NCBI GenBank assembly: GCA_965603825.1
Contig: CBFDEM010000014.1
Coordinates: forward strand, 743,157 to 807,156
Reading direction: 5' to 3'
Length of the DNA stretch: 64,000 nt
Origin: Blepharisma stoltei ATCC 30299
Taxonomy: Eukaryota; Protista; Ciliophora
A program made the position numbers and the translations under genes. Below the pieces are notes generated by a model, which was not told the origin of the DNA, made no database searches, and worked only from the letters and a program-made list of their open reading frames with translations. Shown here piece by piece: positions 12,879 through 26,112 of the stretch. Position 1 is the stretch's first letter, and each line of letters opens with the position of its first letter.

Positions 12879-13610
12879 ATGGCAAAAGGCTCAAGCTCAT
12901 CAGTATTAAAAGAAAAGTCTTCAGACCTTGAGTACTCCGGCAGAACCTTTTTCCTGATAGCCAGCTTGATCATGGAGTTCTTACTAGTCTTCAACATTTT
13001 TTGGTCATGCAGAGACACTTTTGACTGCTCCACATTTTGGCCTACCCTAAGCTATCTTGCCTGCTTCCGTGGTCACGACCGTCTATTCAACTTTACTCTA
13101 ACCTATTTCACAGCCATTTTGCCTGTATTTCTCATTATCTCCTATACACATTTCTCTCACATATACGGGCGCTGTTTTAATTTTTGCTTTATAAGCCTCG
13201 GAATCCTCATTACTTTTACCTTGCCGTTTATATCTATGATAGATGAAGCTAATAGTTCCCATATAATGCCACTAGAAAAAATCCATATAGGAATTATGAC
13301 ATGGTTTATTGCTGGGGTTTTAATATGGATCTATATGTCAATGCTCTGCATGAGGAAAATAAATATCCCTGCAGATAGGATTGAATGGAAAGGCTTTTTA
13401 GAAAAATACTTGACATTTGGAATCACTATGCTTGGCTTCAATATTTATGAATATTTTTTTGCATACTCTAAAAATGCAAATTGGTGGGTCAACCAAAACG
13501 TCGAAGCTGTCTGTGAATGGACTGTGATTTCTATGGCTGTATTTTTGCCTTATGTATACAGCTTAGCATTCCCAAACCTTCGAATTTCTTTTAAAATGGC
13601 ACGAATTTAA
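12879..13610 (+). CDS. Frag1/DRAM/Sfk1 (PGAP2/CWH43-N-like) multi-pass membrane protein
   Basis: About 6 hydrophobic segments, WPTLSY, conserved His in the fourth TM and CEW near the last TM. Confidence 0.65.
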   Translation: MAKGSSSSVLKEKSSDLEYSGRTFFLIASLIMEFLLVFNIFWSCRDTFDCSTFWPTLSYLACFRGHDRLFNFTLTYFTAILPVFLIISYTHFSHIYGRCFNFCFISLGILITFTLPFISMIDEANSSHIMPLEKIHIGIMTWFIAGVLIWIYMSMLCMRKINIPADRIEWKGFLEKYLTFGITMLGFNIYEYFFAYSKNANWWVNQNVEAVCEWTVISMAVFLPYVYSLAFPNLRISFKMARI

Positions 13611-13631
13611 ATAACAAATTAAGCTTAAATA

Positions 13632-16600
13632 TTAATATCTAACGTTCTTAGGGAAATCTCTTTCAGGGGTTGCATAGGACTCGTCAAGTCCTGCCTTTTT
13701 CAGCTTGCTCATAAGCTGGGAGTTCTGCTCGAGCAGTCTTTTAATAGTGGCAGCTCTGTCAGCAAGGTCAACTGACAGTTTTTCACGTTCTTTGGTTAAG
13801 GTCTCAAAGGCGTCTGCAATTGCAATTCCGTCTAATGAAGCCTGCCTAAGCTCCATATTTTCGTCTATCAAGGACTTATTTTCGTCTTCTATGCCTCTTA
13901 AATGGGATTTTATAATAAATAATTGTTCTTCTGTAGAAGTTAGCTGGGATAATAAATCATGGACCTTACAGAGGTTCGTGTGCATTATCCATCTGATCAT
14001 ACCTCTGAACAAGGACTTGTGGGTATTCATATTGCATAGTGATAAAGCCAGGTTTTGGCCTTTTCTTACGTTATTTTGTAAGATATTCGCATAAGTTTGT
14101 AGGTAAACGACATCTTTGTGGTTGTTTTCGAGCTTGCCTTCAATGGTTTTCAAGTCACGGTCCATTTTCGCGATAAGGGAATACAGTTCTCTTCTGGTCA
14201 GTTTATTTACAGTATTTACGACTAGTGGGAAGCCTTTTTTCCAAGTCAAAAAGGCTTTCATGACTTCTCCTTTTCTCTTATAAGCCTGCATTCTAATTGC
14301 AACTCTCTTGATCTTTTTTCTTTTAATCACCCACATTTTCCATATCAGGAACATCCTGGCTGCCAGATTTCCGTCCTGTGAGGAATTTTCTTTGCCGTTT
14401 GCCATTCTCAGCCTATTAACTTTTTTCCTTTTAATGGCAGATTTGAGGTCTTCTCTTTCTAGAATGTAGTTTTCCACGTATTTTCTGTCAATTCCTTCAT
14501 CTGTTATAAGCTGGTTCAAAATATCGACGCGGTTTCGCAAGATTTCATTGTCTATAGCGACTGAGCCTTCTTTATTGGTAACTTCTACAGTGCTTTTTAT
14601 GACAAAATGTTCTTCCCATAGCTGTCAAGCCCTTCTCAGTTTTCTTCTCCAGGCTCTAATTAGTACACCTTTGAACCTATGCTGCATTTTTTCTCTATAC
14701 TTGATGCATTCAGCCCACTTTCTGAAGCCTCTGCCAAGGATGGTTTTAGTTTTGGAGAAAAGTCTTCTGGCTAAGGCGCCACTTTTTACCCTGTCGTTCC
14801 ATTCATGATGTTTGGCATGGGCAATTGCATAAGACTTTATAGCAGCCATTCCAGAAGAAATTGAGTCCCTATAATATCGCTTTCCTACTAATTTAAACAC
14901 ATCAGTCAAATATTTGCCTTCATAATGAAGCCTTTTCCAAGCTCCGAAAATCCTTGATATGATAATTTTCATATAATTCCCAGCTGCTATGTTATCTCTA
15001 TGTTTCCTACGCAGGGCTTTATCTCTATGGCCATACCATTGTCCTACAGCGAAGCCTAGTTTAATGAGTTTTGACTGGTTTTGGAATTTTATATTAGCAC
15101 GGGCTATAGCTCGAGTTTTGCAGACTACGCCAAACCAGCCGTCAAATAGATTTTTCTTGGTTCGGTTTGTAATCTGGATAAAAGTTCGGGTGCGGTTTCG
15201 GCTGCGGATGGCTTGGTGGGTAGATTTAAGGATTTGATGCTGAGAAGACTCATTTGCAAGCTCAGTTTCAAGGCGGCTTGCATTGCGCTTGTGGGCATTT
15301 CTATGCCAGTTATCAAAGGCGTTTTTCATGTATCTGACACCATATCGTTTAAAAGCGCCTAATAAAAGGTCTCTTAACGAATTAATTTTCTGATTTTCTG
15401 AGGCAGCATGCTTGATTTTCTTAAGCCCTTTCCTCATCTTCATTTTTTCAATCCTCCTGGTAAAGCTAGCCATCGTGTTCTTTATCCTCATAAATCTATC
15501 TTTCATCGCTTTAAACGCAAAAGCTGCTTTATTCTCTGAATATTCACTTTCAAACTGTTTTACACCTCTTTCCAGCAAAAACTGCACAAGCTGTTCTTTT
15601 TTGCCTAAATTGTCTTGTTGGGTCTTAATAACGTTTTCCCTTTCTTTCAGCTGTTGCTGGAATCCAGCTCTGACACCTTTGTGCTCCCTTTTCATTTGTT
15701 TTTTCTCAGCCACATGAATGGTGATTTCTTCTTCACTGTAATGGATTATTTTTCGCTTGATGTATTGCAGCCAGTTTCGCCAAGCTTGTCGGGATTTTAT
15801 TTTATTCCAAAGCCGAAGCAGCCTATCAGAATGGTGTATCTGGCTGTCTTTTAAGGCAATTTTGTCTCTCCATCTGTCGAAATAGATCCTTCTCGATCCT
15901 TGACTGCATCGGAGAAATGCCATAATAATCCTTCTCCTGCATTGCGACCTCAAATTTTTGCTGAGTTTTTCATTAGCTCTCACTTGTAGGTCATGCTCTT
16001 GGGTCTTATTTTCAAGGGCTTTTGACAAGTTGCTGATATTTTTCTTGAGGTTTTGCTGGAGGTTTATATTTTCTTGCAGTTTTTGAGCCTTTATAATATT
16101 TTTCCATTTCGAAAGCACATATTGGGTATTCAGCTGGTTAGCCCGTGACTGTGATTTTTTCAGCTGCCTGCGGAAAGCTTGCAAGATCCTTGAGTAGTCT
16201 TTCCAAGCATCAAAAGTGGTATTTAGCCAGTTTCTCCAGCGGATCATCACATAGTGAGCTAGCCTTTTTTCTCTTGCTTCTTGCTGCTTATGGGCTATAG
16301 ACTTAGCCATAATTGCATCTAGCGCTTGATAAAATATCAATTCTCGTAATTTCTTTTCAAGCCTGTGCCCAGCATTTTCTACATTTGAAATATGAAGAGC
16401 GTTTCTCGCCCAGGCTCTCAGTGCAGCTGAAATTTCTCTATTTTTAATAGTCAAAATTACATTTCTCATCCTTTTGCTTACAAGCTCATTTTTATCATTT
16501 TGGGCTGACTGCAAAGCGTATTCTAAGTTATTTATATGTTCAGCTAAAGCTGAGTTTTCTGCCATTGTGTCCTCATTTTTCCTGCACAAGGCAATTATAT

Positions 16601-18620
16601 CTTCATTTATGACTTGCCGCTTCCAAAGTCTGAAAGATTTCCCTAGCTTGCCCATATATTGGTAAACCAGCATTTTCTTCACCCTTGGGAGAGACCCATA
16701 AAAAGTGCTTGCTACTTGTTTCCATTGATAAAAATAGCTAGAAACCTGCACATTGAATCTTTTCGCTAAAACTCGTCCTACTTTGATTTGGCTATTCCTC
16801 AAGCTTTCATTGTGTGTGTAGCTTAGCTTTTGTTCTAGTTCTAATCTTTTTGGTTTTTCAACAGCGAGTTCGTCACTTGCTGCTTTTAATTTTTGTGTAA
16901 GTTTATATGACTTCCAAGCATAAAATAATTTTTGCTTCGTCGTACGCATATGTGCGTTATCTAAAACTCCAAAATACTTATAAAGCCTATCAAGTGTCTT
17001 TTTCTGTTTAATTTCTTTTTTCCAGGTATGGAACCCTTTAGCTAGATCCTTATTGGTCCATCTCCTCATCATTCTTTTCATTACATATCTCTTCGAATTG
17101 TTATTTTGTGTATATCTCTGCATCTCATGAAGAATATTTACCTGATAAAGTTTGTCTGCCTGCTGTTGCTGGTATTCTTCAAGGTTCCTTGAATACTTTT
17201 TATTAAAGACCAAGTCTTTTAGCGCCCTAAAATAAGCTCCTTTCAGCATAACAGCAGCGAAATCAGTCGACAAATCTTCTTTGGCCTGCTCAAACCTCAT
17301 TTTATCAGTAAATCTTGTCCATTTTTCAAAGGCGTGCTTTATTTTTCCTTTAAAAATCCTAAAAGCCAGGGTGTTAAAGTTTAAATTTTTGTGGTTATTG
17401 TAAGTGAATAAATATTTCCATTGGAGGAATCTAGCCCTTACAGAGTGCTCGTTGCTTTTTCCGAATGCTTTGTAAATAAGGGATAAGGCAATTCCATGCC
17501 GCTGCTTGCAGCGCTGCTGATATAAGAAATTTGTACGCCAGTCTGCGAAGAATTTGGATAAAACTCCTCGGTTGCCAAGCTTTTCGACTAGGTTTAGCCT
17601 GATGGCTTGGACGTTTGTCCAGCCTAAGCTGCCTCTCCACTTGTCAAAAAGCCGCTTTGTCATTCTTGTATTGCACTTTTCAAAATTTGCGACGATTTTT
17701 CCGACACCGTATACTTGGTTTTGGCAGAATTTTAAGGTGTCGCTCATTTCACTCAAAGCTGAGTTCAGCCTTCTTGCGACAATTCTTTCGAGCTCTTTGC
17801 AGATATTTCTGCTTGCTAATAATCTACAATGTCTTTTATGAATCCATTTCATATTTTCAGTCTCATTATTTTTTGAAATTTGGTAATTTTCCATTCTTAC
17901 AGCTTCATCATGCATCCTAATATTTAGCTCTCCTTTCTCTCCTTCCAAAATTGAAATATTTTCCCTCATCTCTGCTCTCTCACGCATCAGCTTGGTACAC
18001 TCATCCTCAACTGTCGAGATCTTCCCCTGCATAATATTGATTTTTTCTGTCAGCATCCTATTATCTGCTTCCAAAATCGCTATATGGTCAATTTTCTGCT
18101 GCAGTTTCGCCATATACTCTTGCTTTTCATAGCCAAAGGACGAGGCAGCGATTTCAAAATCTTTCAATTTTGAACGTAATTCTGCCCGCTCAATTTCAAT
18201 TGTATGGAGAAGGTGGCGGAGACGGTTGTTTTCTTCTTTTTCGAACTTCAGGTCGCTTTGCATGTTGCGGTCCACGACGCTTTTGACTTTTCCTGAGTGT
18301 TTCATCTTGCGCTGGAGCTCTTCATTGTGCAGTTTTTCACTGTGAAGTTCGTTGATAAGGTCTTGCTTGTCTTGGTTAAGCTTGTCTACTTCTATGAGAA
18401 GGGCGTTTATACGCTTCATAAGTTGGGCGCGGTCGCCTGACTGAGTCACTGTTTGGGAGTTCTCGATGTCTTGAAGCTGGGTCGCCCGCTCTCGCTGATA
18501 TAGTTCATATTCTTTTTGGTTTAGTTGTTTTCTAAGAGAAACCGTGTCTTGGGCAAGAGACTGAGGAGTCCGATCTCTTATGGGTGGGTTGGAGTGGGAA
18601 CGGTTTGAAGACTCAAACAT
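13632..18620 (-). CDS. Sfi1-repeat centrin-binding fibrous protein, 1662 aa
   Basis: Track ORFs 14625-18620 and 13632-14540 are in frame across one TGA; recurrent FxxW[KR] motifs about 33 aa apart (FDKWR, FADWR, FLQWK, FEKWT, FHTWK, FYAWK, FRLWK, FDAWK, FDRWR, FDNWH, FGAWK) with coiled-coil spacers. Confidence 0.8.
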
Positions 18621-18818
18621 TTTATATGAATTAACGGAAAATTGAAAATAAAATGAGCAATCATCTAATTCAATTGAAAAAAATCGCCAAATAAGTCAGT
18701 ATATAGCCAAGCTTTATTAGATTTTTAATAATAGGTGTAACAATGTGACAATTGCTAGAAAAGTTATGTGTAGAGAAATTAAAAAAATCATATAAAAAAT
18801 GTTTTAGAATTTTATTTA

Positions 18819-20032
18819 TTATAAACTTCTTTCATTCCTTTCCAAAAAAGCAATGTCATAAATGCAAGCGGACATTATTAACAATATCCAGATCCCAAAT
18901 GCAATTTTTTTGAGCTTATGCATTTCTAGTTTCATGCAAATAAAAAATGGGTAGCAAAGGCATAAAATCAAGTAGACGACGTCTCGTATATATTGAAGAG
19001 ATAGCTGATTAAGCATAAATAAAAAGGACATTGCATATGTGACGAAAATAAGGGTGTATGTGATAGGAACATGATTAGGGTCATCACTTATATAAGTCAC
19101 ATCATTTGCAATAAGCTGTTTTAGTGATATTCTTGCTGGAGTCAAAACTAACAGAATTGAAATACTTAGTGAAATTATTTCCCCGAAAATCCCGATAAGA
19201 ATTGGGTAATTTATTTTTCTATGAAAATTGTCGTGATCAATACTAAAATGAACTAAAGACAACCCTTTTGCATGTCCAATATGATAATTCGACCCTATTA
19301 CAGATATGGCGGAAAATAACACAAAAATAATCCCCAAGCTATATTTCATACCTATTTGTGCCTTCTTACCAATCTTTGCATCAGCGCAAATGATCGGAAT
19401 GCAATGAACCGCATTAAGTGACTCTATGGCTGTTAAAACAATATTCAGATTGTCTGCAAGTGGAGGATGAATCCTATCTGCAATTCCCATCGAAATATCA
19501 GCGATACTTACAAATAGAAAATAACCCCAGATGCAGATACTATAAATAGGAATGCCCTTCAAGTTTTCAAGCCTTCTATACACTCCAAACAAAAGCAATG
19601 GGAGTGATGTGAAAGTTAATATTAAAAACTCCAATAAATATATATGGTTATCTGAAAATCTATCTGATATAGCTCCAATTCACTCAAGAGCAAACTTTAC
19701 TAGCTGAACTATGCGGATGTGACAATTGCATATTAGCAGCATACAATGCAATAAAATTGTTGAAGCTGCACCTATTCATCCCCAATTACCATAGAATTCC
19801 TTTACAACTGCTGCGTAATTAAAAATATTATTATTCTGCTACGGATTAATATTCAGTAGATTGCTCAAAAGGTTAGGGTAATCAATAAGAATGCAAAGAT
19901 TGAAAGTAGCCAGCCTGATGTGTAGGCTGTATCTGGAAGTCCCATTAAGCCACCTCCAATGGTGAATGCTGTGAAAATAGAAATAGTTTTTGGAATATCT
20001 TGAATGTCTTGATTATCTTGGTCAATCAGCAT
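18819..20032 (-). CDS. Amino-acid transporter (AAAP/Aa_trans-like) with apparent frameshift near 19840
   Basis: N-terminal TIGGGLMGLP..AYTSGW motif, then NYAAVVKEFYG; many TM helices; several TGA=Trp. The 5' part is out of frame with ORF 18819-19634. Confidence 0.6.
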
Positions 20033-20462
20033 ATTATTTTACCAAATAATCAACAGATTAGAAAAGATGAGGACCTTATAGAGTTGCCTAGCCATTTATC
20101 TTAAAATAAAAAGAAAGCTGCTATTATAAAAATACTAGCAACTTCTCAACTTTACAAAATAATTGCACTCAAAAAATAATAAAATCCTATAAAAAATAAT
20201 AATTTTTAAATATTTCTATAGAAATTTAAAATTTGGATATTGTATAAATTAATGACAGAACTTGAGTAAACATTTAGATTTTCTAGAATTTCCAATTTAT
20301 CCTTTGATTTTAGTATCCTGGCTCAATTAATATAATAAAAACTGACAAAAGAAAAAATTCCCTTAACTATTATAAATACCAAATTCCCATCAATATACAA
20401 CTAATCCCTAATATCCCAATTTATCCTCAATTCTTATAATAAATCCAAGTTAATATTAAAAT

Positions 20463-21848
20463 TTAGCTAAGTTTAGACACTTCTTCTTGCATGTAATTCA
20501 GCAAAACTCTTGCTTCAGGTATGACTCCTCTATCAGCAGTGCAGCCGAACACAATTGTATTATTATATGAAAAACAGTTGAGAGACAGTCCGGTCTTTCC
20601 AGCGCATGGAGCTGAAAAGAACATCTCGTGGATTTTCTTTTCCATTGCGTACAGCGCCATCGTAGGTCCTGGGACATTTGAGAAATTGAAACTAGTTCGA
20701 TCCCCAAATGAATGCACAACATGACTTACAAGTGACATTGGCAGGAAAGCGCCAAAGAACCTCGCACTTAAATTATTCGCGAAAGGCTCCACTGAGTTCT
20801 TTAGCTCCCCACAGAGATTATTAACTAGCTGAAACTTATTCACTTCTGGCTTAATGTCGGTTGGGAACCGGAAAAGCAAAAGCGAAACATTGTTTTTCGC
20901 TGGCAAAATGCTTCCATCTCTGGGCAGAGGTCTCATGCTGAATGGAAGGCACGCCCTTATGGACTCTATGTGCTCCTTGCAGTCTTCAAAGTACTTTTGT
21001 ATGGCTGCGGACACAATAGTCAATATAAAGGTATTTATGGAAATTTTTTCTTTTTCGCAGAATTTCTTAATGAAAGGCAGAGGCAGAGGCTCAGTACATG
21101 CAAAAGACTTCTTGCCTGTAAGTGGCCTACCGTAGATTGGGGAGTTTGGCTCTTTTTTGGAGAACACCTTGTAGCAGATTAGGGGAGACATGATGATTGA
21201 CTTTGCGTAGAAGAAGAACTGCTTGAGGGTGTTTCCTCTTGAAAAATTGATAAATGTGTTCGTGACAGGTCTTGGGTCAGCCAAACTTAAAAGCAGTGAC
21301 ACAAGGGCAAGCCCGTCGCTGAGAGAATGGTGTGACTTGAGGATGATGGCGCTCTTGTCTTCTCTGAACTCCTGTACAAACAAAACTTGCCATGGCGACA
21401 GTTCTTTAGGGAAGTCCTTGGTCAGGTTTTCTTCGAAGATCTTATAAAGCTCGTCTTGGCTCTTGACTTGTTCGGTGTGGTACTTCAGGTGGTTGAGGAC
21501 TGAGAAGTTGGTCTCTTTTTTCCAGTAAACTTTGCCCATGATCCATACATGTCGGTATCTGAACTTTTCGACGTTCACGAAGCCACGGGTAGACATCATT
21601 TGGATAAATTCGTCTTTGTTCATTCTTTCTGTGACGAGGCAGCCTTGAATGTGAAGTTTATTTGTTGGAATGTCAGGAATCCAAATTGCATCTCCCGCAT
21701 TTGGGACAGTTAAACCAAAAAGCTGGGGTACCTTGCAGAGGAGAATGTAGGAGACAACTAGTAGAATGAGTAATTCGACCCAGCTGTAGTATATTCATGT
21801 AGCAGTGCATGCGGCTAAGAGTGCGATAGGAGTGATTAAGTCCAACAT
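20463..21848 (-). CDS. Wax ester synthase/diacylglycerol acyltransferase (WS/DGAT), 461 aa
   Basis: Catalytic HHSLSDG, PWQ, SNVPGP motifs; extended to ATG 21848 through one TGA, adding an N-terminal hydrophobic region. Confidence 0.9.
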
Positions 21849-23454
21849 GGAATTATAATAAATGTCGCCTTTGAGCTGTTGAAGAAAATGGATTTTATTA
21901 AATCTTTTAAGAAAGAAAATGAAGCGATAAAGAATGATTTGAAATTCAATTGAAGGCTAGGAGGAAGGTTAAATAGCCCAATTGGTGGGGATGATGCTGG
22001 ATAAATTGGGGAAGGTGACAGAAATGAATAGAAAGGAGCCAGATATAAATATGAAATTAATTTTGAAATTTAAAGCTAGGGGCTTCAGATACACTTCTTG
22101 TATATCTGGGATTAGGTTAATTTAGACTCATAGTTTTAATGGATAGTCCTTTTGATTCTTTGTGGAGTATTTTTTGATTTTATAATAAAGAATGAAAATT
22201 TAAATTTTTATTTTTTGGATAAAAGGATATGAAATTAGCCACAGACTTTTATCGATAATCTAGAAATAATGAAGAGTATCCAAAGCATTGTAATAAATCG
22301 GTGCTGATTTTAGTTTCTCCATAGAAAAATGGAGCTATGTCCGTTGCTTTTCTTCATTCTGGCCAGGGTTTTAAGTATGGCAGGGTTGCTTTTCATCACT
22401 CTTATCAAGAATCATCGTTTTTATTTTAAAACTAAAATAAAAATTACACTCATGCTTGCTATAGTGAAATTAAGAGATTTCAATGGTTGCATCATGGTGA
22501 ATAAATGTTTTTAATTGTAAAATCATTTATCCTATTATTTGAGATCTAGAAAAATAGCAAACTGGTCGTCTATTTATTCTCCATTAGTATTCTCACTCAT
22601 AAGCTTTAAAAAGCAAAGTTCTTGATATTTGATGCTATTATATAAGCAAAATACAGGAAAATAATTGATTTATCCTTTTTCATTCTAAATATAAATTTGA
22701 ATTTTACTATTTTTTGAGTTATATTGAAACCTATTTTATAAATTTTAGAGTTTGATATTGCTGCAAATAATTTTTGTGGATCATTTGGTTTGAATTGCGA
22801 GTGAGCTGATTAATAATATCGCCTGCACTTTCTAAAATTCAAAAATATGAAGAGGAATTTAAGAATTAAAAGCCTGAGGATTTCTTGAAATTGATTGGAA
22901 AATCTGTAAATAATTTGGGCTATGTAAGCATTTTTAATATATGGCTTTCTTCAAAAGAAGATTTTTATAAAATCCATAAAGGGCTAAAGTCATCCAAAAC
23001 CCATTTTTTTGCCTTATAGTTGGAGAAACAAACCCTATTTATTGAGTTTTTTAGGTTTCAAGATATAAAAAATTTATGGATAATCATACATAAATTAAAC
23101 CGAATAAGCTGGCTTCTTCTTATAAATGCTAATAATTCATTTTCTGAATTGCTTTTCATAATTAAAAAACAAGAACATTAAATAATTCACTATTAAAAGC
23201 AAAAAGCTACTTTTTATAATTATTTATTCAAAATCCATATAGCAAAGGTTATCAAAAAAAGCCTAGATTATATTATAAGCTCAAATACTTTAATTTTAGT
23301 TAAATTTTAAAATTAATACTTGAAAATATATAAATAGAAATATTTTCAGAATTTTCTTACAATAAAGATTAGATTTCTTATAAAATAACATAACAACTTC
23401 AAAAACTTTGTGTTTTAAAAATTTATAAATAGAGCATTATTTTTGCAAATTAAT

Positions 23455-24435
23455 ATGCTAAAACTCTTTAAGACTTATCCAAAAACAAGCATTTTTCTCA
23501 TCCTCACAGGAATTTCCACCACAGCTTTTTTGATGGCCATCTGAAAATATCGATACCACATTCGAATGCTATGAAATGCCAGAAAAGTCCTTTCAGGATC
23601 CATGAATGTCCTTGACACAAATCGAGAGTAATTTTAACTCAGAAAAGAAGTCTTCTACTCCAAACTCTCCAGAACTTTTACAACCTGAACAAAGCGAACT
23701 CTCCCAGAAATTCAACAAATCCGTTTAGAACTCAGGACAAATAAAAATCTGACATCAAGTGAAAAAAGAGAACTCTGGAGCCAATTAAATCTAAAAGGTG
23801 CTTTCTAAATAGTCATGACTCAGCTATTAACAAATATTTACTCCTCAGAAATCTACAAGCTAAGTTTCTTGATTTCTACCCACTTAATCGCAAGAAAAGA
23901 ATTTGAAAATGAACAAGTTGACGATTTAATAGAGAATTTCGAAAGAATGAATGCAGAAATCAAGCAAGCCAACCAATTGATAGCTTATATAGAAAACAAT
24001 ATACAAGAATTGCTGCTAGGGATGAAGCTGGAAGAGATATTTTGTGCCAGCGACCTGAAAGAGCTTTTTGAAAAAATCAAGCTAAAACTCCATGGAATTG
24101 TGAGGACAAAAAACCCTGTTTATGAGATTTTTGTTGCTGGGGTGGCTGATTGGGCTGTGGAGACACAAAATACACAGGAATTCTGCAAGTATTATTATTT
24201 GGAAGAAACTCAGGGAGATTTGATGAGAAGGGTAAATGAAGGGTATGAAAAGTTGTATGATACAATAAAAGAGGAGATAGGGAAAAACGGGAAAAATAAC
24301 CCTAGAAGGAAATATCCGCTGGATTGGAAAGGATTAGAGCTGGCTTTTATAATCCCAATGCTGGATCGATTAAACTCATTTACTGTTTGGGAGCCTTATG
24401 AGACTTTGGGAAGGAAAATATATTTTGATCTTTAA
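23455..24435 (+). CDS. PEX3: Peroxin-3-like protein, two 15-nt introns (23628-23642, 23798-23812)
   Basis: N-terminal basic plus TM segment; LTSSEKRELWSQL..MTQ..Y Pex3-like motif; removing both introns removes in-frame TAA; 3 TGA=Trp. Confidence 0.65.
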
Positions 24436-24609
24436 TGCAGATAATATAAATTTAACCAATTAAGTAATATTTATATAAAAATATAGTAAAATTAGGATAT
24501 TTTATACCTAAAATGAGAGTATTTAATTTTTAGACAAAAATCAATCCTTGCAACCAAATGCAAATAAAAATCAATTCTTCTTACACAAAAATAACAAAAA
24601 ATTAAAAAA

Positions 24610-24682
24610 CGCCCACTGGGGGGCTCGAACCCCCGACCACCAGCTTAAGAGGCTGGCGCTCTACCGACTGAGCTAAACGGGC
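24610..24682 (-). tRNA. tRNA-Lys(CTT)
   Basis: GCCCGTTTAGCTCAGTCGGTAGAGCGCCAGCCTCTTAAGCTGGTGGTCGGGGGTTCGAGCCCCCCAGTGGGCG; cloverleaf, followed by T6 Pol III terminator. Confidence 0.97.
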
Positions 24683-24741
24683 TGTCACTTCTCCTCTGCA
24701 TCTCAATTAATACTTCACTTCGCCTCTCTTATACAAAAATA

Positions 24742-24814
24742 CGCCCACCGGGGGGCTCGAACCCCCGACCACCAGCTTAAAAGGCTGGCGCTCTACCGAC
24801 TGAGCTAGACGGGC
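24742..24814 (-). tRNA. tRNA-Lys(TTT)
   Basis: Same body, anticodon loop CT-TTT-AA, T5 terminator downstream. Confidence 0.97.
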
Positions 24815-24867
24815 TTACAATCTCACCCTTTCTCCATCTTAAATACCCATTTTTAAAGAAATTTAAC

Positions 24868-26112
24868 TTAACTAGATGCTGGGGCGGCGAGGTCAGCGGC
24901 CAAGATTTCAGCTAATTTGTTGAAGTACTCCTCAGTGTTAAGCCAGTGTTCTCTTCTCATTTGACTGCCGTGAATGCACAAGGCAAGATCCTTGGTCATG
25001 AATCCGAGTTCAATTGTCTTAACGGTGGCTGCTTCCAAAATTTCGCAGAAACGCTTAAGCTCTTCATTTCCGTCAAGCTTGGCTCTGTACAAGAGTCCAC
25101 GAGTCCATGCAAAAATGGATGCTACTGGGTTGGTTGAGGTCTCTTCTCCTTTCTGCCACTGTCTGTAGTGTCTTGTGACAGTCCCGTGGGCTGCTTCAGC
25201 TTCAATGGCTCCTGATGGGGAAACCAAGACACTGGTCATAAGTCCTAATGAGCCATATCCTTGGGCGACGATATCACTTTGGACATCACCATCGTAGTTC
25301 TTGCAAGCCCACACGAAGCCTCCGTTGCTCTTAATAGCTTGGGCGACCATATCGTCGATAAGTCTGTGTTCATAGTAAAGGCCTTTCTCTTGGAATTTTG
25401 CCTTGTACTCACTGTCATAGATCGCTTGGAAAATATCCTTAAATCTTCCGTCATATCTCTTAAGGATGGTGTTCTTAGTGGACAAGAATAAAGGATAGCC
25501 TCTGTCTAAGGCGTATTCAAAGGAAGATCTAGCGAACTCTTCAATAGACTCATCAGTGTTGTACATGGCAAGACCGACTCCTGCACCTTTGAAGTCGAAA
25601 ACTTCGTACCTTTGGCCTTCAGATCCGTCAGTTGGGGTGAAGGTAACTTCGAATTTGCCAGGCCTGTCGACGACGAAGTCAGTGGCTCTGTATTGGTCAG
25701 CGTGGGCGTGTCTGCCGATGATGATTGGCTTGGTCCAGCCTGGGACGAGTTTTGGGACATTGTTGCAGATAATTGGCTCTCTGAAGACGGTTCCTCTGAG
25801 TTCGTTTCTGATTGTTCCATTTGGAGATTTCCACATCTTCTTGAGGCTGAACTCTTCAACTCTTGCCTCATCTGGGGTGATCGTGGCACACTTAATCCCG
25901 ACTTTGCAGTCGAGGATGGCTCTGGCTGAGTCCAAAGTGACTTGGTCATTAGTGGCGTCACGGTTTTGGATGGAAAGGTCAAAGTATTGGATTGGGATGT
26001 CGAGGTAAGGGAGGATAAGCTTTTCCTTGATAAGAGTCCAGATGATCCTAGTCATCTCGTCTCCGTCAAGCTCTGCTACTGGGTTTGCTACTCTGATCTT
26101 TTGGGTTGCCAT
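24868..26112 (-). CDS. IDH: NADP-dependent isocitrate dehydrogenase (eukaryotic IDH1/2 type)
   Basis: [57 protein letters not shown]. Confidence 0.98.
   Translation of the reverse strand: MATQKIRVANPVAELDGDEMTRIIWTLIKEKLILPYLDIPIQYFDLSIQNRDATNDQVTLDSARAILDCKVGIKCATITPDEARVEEFSLKKMWKSPNGTIRNELRGTVFREPIICNNVPKLVPGWTKPIIIGRHAHADQYRATDFVVDRPGKFEVTFTPTDGSEGQRYEVFDFKGAGVGLAMYNTDESIEEFARSSFEYALDRGYPLFLSTKNTILKRYDGRFKDIFQAIYDSEYKAKFQEKGLYYEHRLIDDMVAQAIKSNGGFVWACKNYDGDVQSDIVAQGYGSLGLMTSVLVSPSGAIEAEAAHGTVTRHYRQWQKGEETSTNPVASIFAWTRGLLYRAKLDGNEELKRFCEILEAATVKTIELGFMTKDLALCIHGSQMRREHWLNTEEYFNKLAEILAADLAAPASS

Noticed and set aside
21900-23400. AT-rich 1.5-kb gap including ORF 22329-22514; possible retained IES or decayed gene
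   Set aside because: No recognisable motifs or definable boundaries by eye.
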